Source: Desulfosudaceae bacterium
Lineage (GTDB): Bacteria > Desulfobacterota > Desulfobacteria > Desulfobacterales > Desulfosudaceae
Assembly (NCBI GenBank): GCA_963674745.2
Contig: CAXXDV010000003.1
Location: 704,001 to 768,000, forward strand
Length of the DNA stretch: 64,000 nt
Direction of reading: 5' to 3'
Part shown: positions 19,748 through 28,939 of the stretch, piece by piece
How the letters are laid out: every line of letters begins with the position of its first letter
Numbering within the stretch: the stretch's first letter is position 1
Position numbers and translations under genes: made by a program
The notes under the pieces: model-generated
Databases searched by the model: none
The model's input: the letters and a program-made list of their open reading frames with translations, nothing else
What the model was told of the DNA's origin: nothing

Positions 19748-20248
19748 ATGAGTAAAATGAAAATATTTTTTATAAAAGTTGTTTGTTTGTGCATCATGAC
19801 CACTGGCTGCTGCTATACGGCTGTCGGGGCGGACAACGCTGCTGCAAAATCCGGTACCTATGATTTTGACAACATAACCGAAGCGGAGGCTTTACGGACC
19901 ATCAGCCAGGATACCGGTATCGTTATTAAAGCCCCTTTTGATCTTTTGCAGAAAAAAGTCCAAAAAAATTATATGCAGGTCTCTGTCGATGAAATCGTGA
20001 CGGATTTGTTGCGAAGGCGGAATTATGCCATTGTCTGGTATTATGATGATAAACAGCTTGTTACCATTGATATCCGGATTGATGATCAGAATGGACAGGC
20101 CGGTGACCTGCCGCCCGCTCTTGCCCCCGGAAATCGCGGGCGGGCTGTTTCCGGCAACGTCTCAAGCAGGAAACGGCCATTGCCGCCGGCAATCGGCCCG
20201 GGAAGGTATCGCGGGGTTGAACGTCCGCCCATGCCGCCGGGTATCTAA
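19748..20248 (+). CDS. Exported protein with a probable STN/secretin-N0-like domain and Pro/Arg-rich tail
   Basis: Signal peptide; YDFDNITEAEALRTISQDTGIVI...SVDEIVTDLL..NYAI pattern resembles STN/N0 domains. Confidence 0.55.
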   Translation: MSKMKIFFIKVVCLCIMTTGCCYTAVGADNAAAKSGTYDFDNITEAEALRTISQDTGIVIKAPFDLLQKKVQKNYMQVSVDEIVTDLLRRRNYAIVWYYDDKQLVTIDIRIDDQNGQAGDLPPALAPGNRGRAVSGNVSSRKRPLPPAIGPGRYRGVERPPMPPGI

Positions 20249-20309
20249 TTTCAGGGAGAATATTTTTTTCAGGCTAAGTCATTAATATTTAAAATATGGA
20301 GATGGTGCA

Positions 20310-22271
20310 GTGATGGCGATTAAAAAATTAATCAGAAGCGTTTTAACGGCGGGTTTGGTTTTGTTGTTTGTACCGATAACCAGCCATGCCGTAATACCAA
20401 TGCCTTACAGGGTCGGCGGTACCGTTACCGTCAACGGGGTTCAACTTACCCAGGCCACTGCCGCCGGCTACAGCTTTATGATAACAAATGCCGGAGGAAG
20501 TCTTTTTACCGGATCGGGTGGCACCGCTTCGGTTGACAGTGACGGTTTGAACGCGTCCGACTGGTATGTGATCGATATTCCCATGTACGATGCCACCGAT
20601 CAACCCAATGGTGCGCAACCCGTAGATTCCGCTTTTATTCGTGTCTATAAGGGCGGTGTGGCCCAAACCGTCACATCACCGGCCAATGGCCAGTTTTTTG
20701 TCGGCAGCTCCGGTGGCAGCAGTACCATCAATGTTGTTGTATCCGTCAATACGGCACCGACAGCCGATGCCGGTGGCAGCCAGGTGGTGAATGAAACCGC
20801 ATCCCTTGTCACGCTGGACGGCAGCGGCTCTTCCGACCCTGAAGGCCCTGTCGCCGGTTATGCCTGGATCCAGACAGGCGGCCCGGGCGTTACACTTTTA
20901 AATGCCAGTTCCGTCAGCCCGACATTTGTGCCCCCGAATGTGGGGCCGGCCGGTGCAATATTGACCTTCAGCCTGACGGTAACCGATTCCGGCGGATTGA
21001 CGGATTCGGATGACTGTTCGGTGACGGTCAACTGGGTGGATGCGCCGCCGGTAGCCAGTGCCGGCCTGGATCAGACCGTGGGCGAGGGCGGGGTGCAGGT
21101 TACCCTGGACGGCAGCGGTTCTTATGATGACGACGGGATTGTCTCCTATTATTGGATTCAGCTCAGCGGTACCAATGTCACGCTTTCAAACAGCAGCGCC
21201 GCCAAACCGACATTTACGGCACCGGCGGTTGCCCCCGATATGATGACCTTTGAATTGACGGTTACGGATACGGCCGCTTACACGGATACGGATACCTGTA
21301 CGGTTACGGTCTCCGACGCGCCGCTGAACCCACCGGTTGCCGATGCCGGGCCTGATCAGATCATCGAGGACGGTGGTATCGAGGTCACCCTGGACGGCAG
21401 TGACTCTGCTGATTCGGACGGTACTATTGTCGCCTACCTGTGGCAACAAACCGATGGCCCTGATGTCACGCTTTCTGATGATACCGCGGTCAGCCCGACC
21501 TTTACGGCGCCGGACGAAGATGGGCCCGTCTCTTTGACTTTCGAGTTAACGGTTACGGATAACGACGGTCTGACGGATACGGACACCTGCACGGTCATTG
21601 TCGGCGAGGAAACGTTTGAAATCAGAACCAGTTTGTTTTTCCCTTATTTTGCATCCGGTTCAAGCTACTGGCGGGGTATTGCCATTTTTAATCCCGGCGC
21701 AACCAATGGTGTTTTAAACCTGATTTTACACGACATGGACGGCAGAACATCCTCCGCAACGCTGGCCCTGAATGCCAATGCCACCTTTGTTGATATGCTG
21801 GACAACATCAACTGGGTGGGTGATGCCGATATTGACGGCCGTTGTTATATTACCGGTACCATGAGTTTTTCCGGTGGGCGGGGCTTTGCCATGTTCGGGA
21901 ATAATAAAGGCGATTCCATGGGATATGTGGTGGAAAATTTTGTCGCTGCCACGACCCCTGCCGATCTGTACTTTCCTTATTTCCCGTCGAGCAGTACCTT
22001 CTGGAGGGGAATCGTTCTTGTGAATTCCAGCACGTCCAACGGCACTGTCAATCTGACCCTGCACGATACGACCGGAAGAGCGGCTACCGCCAGTATTTTT
22101 CTGAAAGCCGGAGAGGTATACGTCGACATGGTGGAAAATATTAACTGGAACGGCCCTGCTGATGTCACCGGCCGCTGTAATATTATCGCATCCATGAATT
22201 TCACCGGTGGACGGGGATTTGCCATGTTCAGTGATAATAACGGCAATTCACTGGGATACGTGGCCAGGTAA
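20310..22271 (+). CDS. Secreted PKD/Ig-like repeat protein (3 repeats) with a duplicated C-terminal domain
   Basis: Signal peptide ending SHA; P.A.AG..Q...VTLDGS.S.D..G...Y.W.Q..G..VTL...PTF...F.LTVTD x3; FPYF...WRGI...GGRGFAMF...GYV x2. Confidence 0.85.
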   Translation: MMAIKKLIRSVLTAGLVLLFVPITSHAVIPMPYRVGGTVTVNGVQLTQATAAGYSFMITNAGGSLFTGSGGTASVDSDGLNASDWYVIDIPMYDATDQPNGAQPVDSAFIRVYKGGVAQTVTSPANGQFFVGSSGGSSTINVVVSVNTAPTADAGGSQVVNETASLVTLDGSGSSDPEGPVAGYAWIQTGGPGVTLLNASSVSPTFVPPNVGPAGAILTFSLTVTDSGGLTDSDDCSVTVNWVDAPPVASAGLDQTVGEGGVQVTLDGSGSYDDDGIVSYYWIQLSGTNVTLSNSSAAKPTFTAPAVAPDMMTFELTVTDTAAYTDTDTCTVTVSDAPLNPPVADAGPDQIIEDGGIEVTLDGSDSADSDGTIVAYLWQQTDGPDVTLSDDTAVSPTFTAPDEDGPVSLTFELTVTDNDGLTDTDTCTVIVGEETFEIRTSLFFPYFASGSSYWRGIAIFNPGATNGVLNLILHDMDGRTSSATLALNANATFVDMLDNINWVGDADIDGRCYITGTMSFSGGRGFAMFGNNKGDSMGYVVENFVAATTPADLYFPYFPSSSTFWRGIVLVNSSTSNGTVNLTLHDTTGRAATASIFLKAGEVYVDMVENINWNGPADVTGRCNIIASMNFTGGRGFAMFSDNNGNSLGYVAR

Positions 22272-22300
22272 CGATGCCGTCGAGCGTGCTTACGGGTGTT

Positions 22301-22372
22301 GTAGGGGCACGGCACGCCGTGCCCTGAATAAAAAAAAGATTCCCAATCGGGCACGGCACGCCGTGCCCCTTC
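22301..22372. repeat. REP doublet (REPIN-like), second GTAG family
   Basis: GTAGGGGCACGGCACGCCGTGCCC, spacer, GGGCACGGCACGCCGTGCCCCTTC (terminal CTAC decayed to CTTC); lies between convergent genes. Confidence 0.75.
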
Positions 22373-22443
22373 GAGTGAACTTCTGAGAGATGCAGCACAA
22401 CGCCGCCGGCCGTTTTGCGGCAATTGCCCAAATTACGCTGCCG

Positions 22444-23394
22444 TCAGGCGTGGTTGCGCAGCTTAAGCTCACTGGGGTGGGGATGCAGGTAAACCTGTTT
22501 TTTTAAATAGGGCTCATCGAATTTACGGACATAATGGCGCAGCAGGATAATCGGCACGATCAGGGGGATAAGCCCCTGGTGGTACTGCGCGATGACCTCC
22601 TTTAACTCTATTTTTTCATCAGCGGTCAGTTGTTTCTTAAAATACCCCATGATGTGATCCAGGGTGTTGGTGTTTTTCCGGACCGAGGCTTTGAGCTTAA
22701 GGGCGGACATAAGCAGTTCCAGGTACTCGGCCTGAAGACGGTTCCTGTCGGCCCGGCGCCCCTGCGCCACCAGATTGCCCATGGGTTTAAGGTCCTTGGT
22801 GCTGTGTGCCATGATCAGTAGTTTATGCCGGGTGTGAAAGTCCACCAGGCCGGCCGGGCTGCCATCGGTTTCCATGTATGTCAGCCAGCGGTGCATGACG
22901 TATATGCGTTCGATAAAATTTTCTCTCAAGCCGGCGTCGTTCAACCGGCCGTCATCCTCGACCGGCAGCAGGGGGAACCTTTCCATAAAGGCTTTGGCAA
23001 ACAGTCCGGACCCCTGGCGGGACGGCATCCCCTGTTCAGTGTATATCTTGACGCCCTGCATGCCGGAACTGGGGGATTTGCTTTTGAACACAAAACCGCG
23101 TAAATTCTCTTTTTCCAGTTGAGACAGCTTTTTTTTGATCCAGTTCAGCATTTTTTCTGTATGATCTATTTTGGTGCGGGTGGTAACCAGACGGGGCGCC
23201 TCCGGTGTCCCGATCAGCCGCATGGTTTCCCGGGGAACCGGCAAACCGCATTCTACTTCCGGGCAGACCGGCACCCATTCCACGTATTGGCCGAGCTGTT
23301 CTGTAAGAAACCGGTCGAGCTGGTGCTGGCCGTTGTAACGTACCAGGTTGCCCAGCAGGCAGGATGAGATGCCCAGTTTGATTTTATCGCTCAT
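22444..23394 (-). CDS. DUF523 (TudS-like) + DUF1722 (YbgA-family) fusion protein
   Basis: GISSCLLG..VRYNG, VCPEVECG..PRE, KSPSSG, G.GLFA, ENFIER; FH.RHKLLIMAHS, HIMGYFK, YLKKQVYL.P.P.EL.LRN. Confidence 0.9.
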   Translation of the reverse strand: MSDKIKLGISSCLLGNLVRYNGQHQLDRFLTEQLGQYVEWVPVCPEVECGLPVPRETMRLIGTPEAPRLVTTRTKIDHTEKMLNWIKKKLSQLEKENLRGFVFKSKSPSSGMQGVKIYTEQGMPSRQGSGLFAKAFMERFPLLPVEDDGRLNDAGLRENFIERIYVMHRWLTYMETDGSPAGLVDFHTRHKLLIMAHSTKDLKPMGNLVAQGRRADRNRLQAEYLELLMSALKLKASVRKNTNTLDHIMGYFKKQLTADEKIELKEVIAQYHQGLIPLIVPIILLRHYVRKFDEPYLKKQVYLHPHPSELKLRNHA

Positions 23395-23504
23395 GATTTT
23401 CCCCTTTAATGTTCTGACAGTATCCCCGAATTCGAATAATGATGGTTATTATAGAACAATCGGGGGCGCGAACGATAGAAAATTTTAAAAATGAAATATA
23501 CGGG

Positions 23505-24257
23505 CTATTTGCGATACAGGATATCCAGGACATTGCGTGTGTACTGCTCGTCGGACTGTCCCTCGACGGCTTCCTGGGGAAAAACCACCAGGGTCCGGAA
23601 ATGTTCGGCAATCCGGTTAAAAAGGGAAACCCGGTCAGCCGGATTAAGTTGATTCCGTCTTAACAGCGCCTGCAGGACAACTCCGGCTTCGTCCGGTGTG
23701 GTCTGCTGGCGCAGGCGGGCCGCCAGATGAGGATAAACACGCAAAGAATTGTACTTGTCGGCCAGGACGCTGTCCAGATCGGGTTCGGGTATCGACTGCT
23801 TCCAGACGACAATGGTATTGGCCGCGAAATCGCCGATCCGTTGAGCGTTTGAAGACAGCAGGCAGGCCGCCCCTCCGACCAGGTATAACCCCGGCAGGCT
23901 GTCCAGAAAACGGAACAGGTTGCGCACCACGATCTGGCTGAACTGCAGGTTCAATCCCTGGGCATCCATCACATAGAGTTGAAAAATGCGTTTACCCACG
24001 GTCTGCCCGTCCCAGAACCATTCGAGAACGATCCGGTACGCGATGGAAATGATAAAGTAGATCAAAATGGACAATGCCACAGCAAAATCGGAGTTCAGGG
24101 CGCCGATGGCCTTGAACAGTCCTTCCAGCATGGTAAAGACCGCTATAACGGAGGCGGCATCGATTACCCAGGCCAGAAACCGGGTCACCGGGCCGGCCAG
24201 ACGCAGCGAAAAATCGATTCCTTCAGGCGTTATAATATTAAGCGTGTTGGTCCGCAT
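23505..24257 (-). CDS. RDD family membrane protein
   Basis: TPEGI..LAG..RFLAWVID, GQTVGKR, RNLFRFLD, QRIGDFAANTIVV. Confidence 0.9.
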   Translation of the reverse strand: MRTNTLNIITPEGIDFSLRLAGPVTRFLAWVIDAASVIAVFTMLEGLFKAIGALNSDFAVALSILIYFIISIAYRIVLEWFWDGQTVGKRIFQLYVMDAQGLNLQFSQIVVRNLFRFLDSLPGLYLVGGAACLLSSNAQRIGDFAANTIVVWKQSIPEPDLDSVLADKYNSLRVYPHLAARLRQQTTPDEAGVVLQALLRRNQLNPADRVSLFNRIAEHFRTLVVFPQEAVEGQSDEQYTRNVLDILYRK

Positions 24258-25245
24258 GTGTTTTCCTGCCCGACTTCCATAGGAAAAGAGTTAACAGTAA
24301 CAATTCGAATACGCCTAATGTAATTTTCAGTTCATAGCTGATAACCGGCTGGTGATATTGTGACAGATAAGACTCGACCAGACCGGCCCAGATCAGTAGC
24401 ACGGCGACACCGGCAATCAATGTTAAGATGTCCCTGGAGACGTCACGGAAACGCTGTCTCACGGACACGGGTTCACCTCGACCGACGAGTGTTCCGGCAA
24501 TCACCAGGCCGGCCTGACCGGCAATGAGAATGGCGGGGATTTCAATCGAACCGTGGGGCAGAAGCCAGCCCGCCAGAAAGCGAAGCTGGCCGTCCATTAT
24601 ATAATCAACAGCGATCGCTCCCAGGATGACGCCGTTATAAAACAGCATGATGATGGTGCCGATACCCCAGGAAATGCCCAGTACCATGATGAAAATAGAG
24701 ACCCGGGTGTTATGGGTCATCAGGTAGGAGGAAAACCGGGCCTTGTGGCCTTTCATGGTGTCCTTGTCCATGCTTTCCTCCATGGCCACACGTTCGGATG
24801 GTGTTTTCTGAAGATGCTCAAACGGTATCAAGACCGGTTTTGCCTGAGTGTCGAGGCCCACCGCCGCGCCGCCGAACACGCAACCGGTGACAGTGATCAG
24901 GGCGCTGATCAGAAATGCCTGTATATGCTTTCGGAAGGTTTGCGGAAAGGTGTTGAAAAACCAGTTCAGCAGAGCGATTTTACGCGGCCGCCGACCGGTT
25001 TCATGTATGTATCCGAATGCCCGGCCGACAAGGGACTCTAAATACTGGCGCAGATTCTTTTCCGATGAAAAGGTTTTGATCCTGGCGGTATCGGCCGAGG
25101 CCCGCTGGTAAAGATAGTGGAACCGCTTGATCTGGCCCAGATCCATGCGAAAAGACGGGTCCTTTTCCAGCTTGTCCAGAAAACCCTCCAGTTCCGTCCA
25201 ATATTCTCTTTCCTCGTTGATGAATCGGGAAATATCGATGATCAA
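24238..25245 (-). CDS. SpoIIM-family (DUF95) membrane protein
   Basis: LMTHNTRVS, NGVILG, LLPHGSIEIPAILIAG, AGLVES. Confidence 0.9.
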   Translation of the reverse strand: MIIDISRFINEEREYWTELEGFLDKLEKDPSFRMDLGQIKRFHYLYQRASADTARIKTFSSEKNLRQYLESLVGRAFGYIHETGRRPRKIALLNWFFNTFPQTFRKHIQAFLISALITVTGCVFGGAAVGLDTQAKPVLIPFEHLQKTPSERVAMEESMDKDTMKGHKARFSSYLMTHNTRVSIFIMVLGISWGIGTIIMLFYNGVILGAIAVDYIMDGQLRFLAGWLLPHGSIEIPAILIAGQAGLVIAGTLVGRGEPVSVRQRFRDVSRDILTLIAGVAVLLIWAGLVESYLSQYHQPVISYELKITLGVFELLLLTLFLWKSGRKTHADQHA

Positions 25246-26627
25246 AGCAATTGACTCCGTTTGACCGCCAGGTATTGACGGGTTAATTGCAGGGACAGCT
25301 TGTCCCCCTCAACCATTGAAAAGTCGATGCCCATCCGTTTTAAACGGTTTTTTGTTCCGATGATGTTTTCCCATTCCAGGTGACCGCTGAGCGCGGTATA
25401 AAGATCTTTCGGGGTGGTCAAGGGAGAAGATGAAAAAATCGGGGCCACCCCCTCAGGATTGATCATGTTGACCAGAATGACATGGCGGTTTGAAATCATT
25501 TGCGCGTTTTTGACAAAACCATCAGCCAGGACCGGATCGTCCAGGCTGGTCAAAAAAATGAGCATGGCGCGTTTTCTCAGGCTGTTGCCGATAAAGGAAA
25601 ACAACTCATTAAAATCCGGTGACACCCGTTTGGGATAGAGGTTGTAAAGCATATCCCGACAGGTGTCATAGTGGGCTTTCCCGTTTCTGGCTTTGACAAA
25701 ACCACGGATACGGTCATCAAACGAAAGCAGGCCGAAAAGGTCACCCTGCCGTTCGATGGCCAGGCCGGACATGAGAACGGTCGCAATAAAATGATCAAGA
25801 AACGAACGGGTCCCTTGTAGCCGGTTCGGTTTTCCATCTGCCGGGTTCACACGCCTTTCGCCATCTGGAAATGGCGTGTGAACCCGGCGGCCGCTTAATC
25901 GTGAAGCGTCAATGACCATATACACTTCCTGGGTGCGTTCGATCTGGTATGTCTTGGTTACGGGAAATCCCCGCCGGGCGGTTGCTTTCCAGTGAATATC
26001 CTCATAACTGTCTCCCGGCAGATATTCCCGGAGTTGTTCGAAATCCCGGCCTTTTCCGATCTGCCGCAGGGCGTGGACGCCGCTCTGGCGTCCGGCCAGC
26101 AGCCAGGCCAGATATTTTTTTTCCGGAGACAGGTCGGGATAAACACGCAGCTGCGTGTTTATGCTCACTTCTCTGCGTTTTGACCATAAATTCAGAAAGG
26201 ATTCAGTCTCAACCCGGCATCGGTTGATGTAAAATTCACCCCGCATGCCGGGCGTGCAGTTCCAGGAAATATTGGATTGGGATGCTTCCGGCAAAAGGGC
26301 GACTGACATGTCGCGGGCGCTGCTGATATGTTCCGGTAGCCCCAGTCCGAGACGCAGGCGTTGTGCTGACTGGCTCCGGTTTAAGGCCTGAAAGGGGATC
26401 ACGGTTTCCCGGTTTTCGATCATGCGTACGACCAACGGAAATTCCAGAAAGAAGGTGTCTTTTTGCCTGCCGGTTATAACGGCATCGATCAGCGCCGCCA
26501 GAAACAGTATCAATACCGGCAGATAGCTGATGGCAGGTGTGCCCGGAATTCCTGCCCTGATAATGGAAGCCGGCAGAAGTGTCAATGCCGTCCAGAGAAT
26601 CAGTCTGTTTGTGGGAACAATCGTCAT
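25242..26627 (-). CDS. DUF58 domain protein
   Basis: RGEF, RVYP, GRDFEQLREYLPGD...IHWKATAR, IDASR, GDLFGL. Confidence 0.92.
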   Translation of the reverse strand: MTIVPTNRLILWTALTLLPASIIRAGIPGTPAISYLPVLILFLAALIDAVITGRQKDTFFLEFPLVVRMIENRETVIPFQALNRSQSAQRLRLGLGLPEHISSARDMSVALLPEASQSNISWNCTPGMRGEFYINRCRVETESFLNLWSKRREVSINTQLRVYPDLSPEKKYLAWLLAGRQSGVHALRQIGKGRDFEQLREYLPGDSYEDIHWKATARRGFPVTKTYQIERTQEVYMVIDASRLSGRRVHTPFPDGERRVNPADGKPNRLQGTRSFLDHFIATVLMSGLAIERQGDLFGLLSFDDRIRGFVKARNGKAHYDTCRDMLYNLYPKRVSPDFNELFSFIGNSLRKRAMLIFLTSLDDPVLADGFVKNAQMISNRHVILVNMINPEGVAPIFSSSPLTTPKDLYTALSGHLEWENIIGTKNRLKRMGIDFSMVEGDKLSLQLTRQYLAVKRSQLL

Positions 26628-26636
26628 GTCAGCCTG

Positions 26637-27638
26637 TCACCGCGGCACGGCTATGCCGGCCAGAATTTCTTCAATTACTTCAGCGGTCGTCAGTCGTTCA
26701 ATCTCGTATTCCGGTCGCAGTACCAGGCGATGCTCCAGGACCGGTCGGGCCATGTATTTGATGTCATCGGGAATGACAAAATCGCGGCCTTCAACAGCCG
26801 CCAGGGCCCGGCTGGACAAAAGCAGCGCCTGTGTGGCCCGGGGGCCGGCCCCGACCAGGACACTCTGGTGAGTGCGGGTGGCCCGGACGATGGTAACGAT
26901 ATATTCAACCAGTTCATCCTTGACCATGACGTCGAGTAGGGTCTCACGGAACACGCTGAGCGTTTCGGGTTTAAGCACAGGTCGAACCGCTCCGGCAGCC
27001 AGAACGGCTTCCGGTGAATCCTTGCCACGGGTTCGATGGGCCAGTTGAACTTCTTCTTCATGGCCGGGCGGTTCCATGGTGATTTTGAGGAAAAACCGGT
27101 CCTTCTGGGCCTCCGGAAGGGGATAAGTACCTTCGTATTCAATCGGGTTCTGGGTGGCAAAGACCGTAAAGTCCGGCGACAGCAGGTGGGTCTTACGATC
27201 GATGGTGACGGTGCGTTCCTGCATGGCCTGCAGCAGGGCGGACTGGGTTTTGGCCGGCGCCCGGTTGATTTCATCGGCGAGCAAAAAGGTGGTAAACACA
27301 GGTCCCTTGACCAGGGAAAAGGCATTTTTCTGTAAATTGAAAACATGGGTGCCGGTAATGTCGGCCGGCATCAAATCCGGGGTGAATTGAATCCGTGAAA
27401 ACTCACAGCTCAGCACATGCGCCAGGGTCCTGACCAGCAGGGTCTTGGCAATGCCGGGCACCCCTTCGATGAGAACATGATGATTGGTGAAGATGGCGAT
27501 CAGGGCTTTGTTGATCACGTCCTCCTGGCCGATAATGACCTTGCCCACCTCCTGCCTGGCATCGGCCAGAATGGTTCTCAACGCCTCCGTATTGGCGCGG
27601 GATTCCGGTGCTGCTTCCTGTTGGTGTTCGTCGTTCAT
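26637..27638 (-). CDS. MoxR-family AAA+ ATPase
   Basis: EGVPGIAKT, RIQFTPDLMPADITG, LADEINRAPAKTQSALL, ATQNPIEYEGTYPLPEAQKDRF. Confidence 0.96.
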   Translation of the reverse strand: MNDEHQQEAAPESRANTEALRTILADARQEVGKVIIGQEDVINKALIAIFTNHHVLIEGVPGIAKTLLVRTLAHVLSCEFSRIQFTPDLMPADITGTHVFNLQKNAFSLVKGPVFTTFLLADEINRAPAKTQSALLQAMQERTVTIDRKTHLLSPDFTVFATQNPIEYEGTYPLPEAQKDRFFLKITMEPPGHEEEVQLAHRTRGKDSPEAVLAAGAVRPVLKPETLSVFRETLLDVMVKDELVEYIVTIVRATRTHQSVLVGAGPRATQALLLSSRALAAVEGRDFVIPDDIKYMARPVLEHRLVLRPEYEIERLTTAEVIEEILAGIAVPR

Positions 27639-27649
27639 GGTGCTCCCTC

Positions 27650-28939
27650 TTATTCGGATAATATTTTCAAGATGGTGTTATATTGCTTTATGGGATCATT
27701 TTTTCGTTTTGATTTGTTGCCGCCGGCTGTTATGACGGCCCGGGCCTGTTCGAGCTTTCGGGTGGTGGCGGGATATTTTATTTTGGCCCTGTTGGCCGGC
27801 GAGTTCTCCCATTCCACAACCGCCAGCCGGACAATGTCGGCGGGAGAATAGCGGCGTTTGAGCATGTTGGTCAGGCCGGCCAGGTTGCCCTTTCCGGTTC
27901 TTATTGTTTCCGAACCGTCTGTCCCCGTGGTTTCGTGTATCGGCACCAGAACGGCCGTCTGTTTCCAGATAAACAGCACCGCTATTATCACTAATGTGCC
28001 GAGTAATCCGAAAAGATTATATTTTCTGATCAATGAGGCGATGCCCGGCGATTTTTGAATTCCCAGGTGGGACTCGTCGAATACAATACGATCTGAATCG
28101 CCGACGAGCCAGGCCAGCAAGGCTGCCGGTGATTCTTTTTTCAGGGCCTCATTGCTGAAAAGATAACTGTCGGTCAGTAGGATGATGCTGCCTTTTCCCC
28201 ATTTTTTTTCAATGATCACCGGCCGGTCGTTTTTTGTATAGATAACCCGCCAGTCTTCGGCCGTTTGTTTGAAATAGCGCGTGGTCGGCCAGAACACCAT
28301 CGGCATGGTACTCCGGAGGGGGCTGTCAAATGCGGCTGTGGCAAACATGTCTTCCGGTTTTTCGGTTTCAGCGGCGATGGAGAACTCCCAGCGTTCAGAG
28401 ATAGATTGAAAAGTTTCTTCTTTTTCCGGCTGCTCATCCCCGGGTTCATCCTCGTCCGTTGGGCACGGGCATGGGTCATTCTTTTTTTCGGTCTCCGAAT
28501 CGGTTTTGGTTGCATTCTCCAGGGTGGTCCGGGGGAGGCAGGAAACAACCACCCGGCCGCCCACAGCAGCCGTATGTTCAAAATAAGCAAATGTTTTTTC
28601 GTCAAACAGGCTATGTTCAAAGCCAGCTGTTCCCAGATAAAAGAAAGCCCGTTTTTCATTGTCATGAGGAATACGGTTGATCTGCTTCAGGTTTCGGGTC
28701 ACCGTCAACGACGGCAGGGTCATCAGGCTTTCGTAGAACACCTTGCTGCCCAGGGGGTCGCTTCTGAACGAGGAGTAAGGCGGGTAAATATCACCGGCCT
28801 GGAAACGGAGATCGAACAATTTGAACACACCGCCCAGAAAAAGGATGATCAGGCAGACGAAAAGAATTTGTATGAGTTTATTGCCCGTAGACAAGATTGA
28901 CGATCCTTTTGTGGTTGTCTGTAAACAATTCGACATCAT
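27650..28939 (-). CDS. DUF4350-like protein
   Basis: YSSFRSDPLGSK, GKGSIILLTDSYLFSNEAL, IVFDESHLG, flanking TM helices; operon context. True start probably near 28890. Confidence 0.75.
   Translation of the reverse strand: MMSNCLQTTTKGSSILSTGNKLIQILFVCLIILFLGGVFKLFDLRFQAGDIYPPYSSFRSDPLGSKVFYESLMTLPSLTVTRNLKQINRIPHDNEKRAFFYLGTAGFEHSLFDEKTFAYFEHTAAVGGRVVVSCLPRTTLENATKTDSETEKKNDPCPCPTDEDEPGDEQPEKEETFQSISERWEFSIAAETEKPEDMFATAAFDSPLRSTMPMVFWPTTRYFKQTAEDWRVIYTKNDRPVIIEKKWGKGSIILLTDSYLFSNEALKKESPAALLAWLVGDSDRIVFDESHLGIQKSPGIASLIRKYNLFGLLGTLVIIAVLFIWKQTAVLVPIHETTGTDGSETIRTGKGNLAGLTNMLKRRYSPADIVRLAVVEWENSPANRAKIKYPATTRKLEQARAVITAGGNKSKRKNDPIKQYNTILKILSE

Noticed and set aside
22373..22431. Possible remnant of another intergenic repeat (GATGCAGCACAACGC...)
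   Set aside because: Only one copy in the window; cannot be supported without a genome-wide search.
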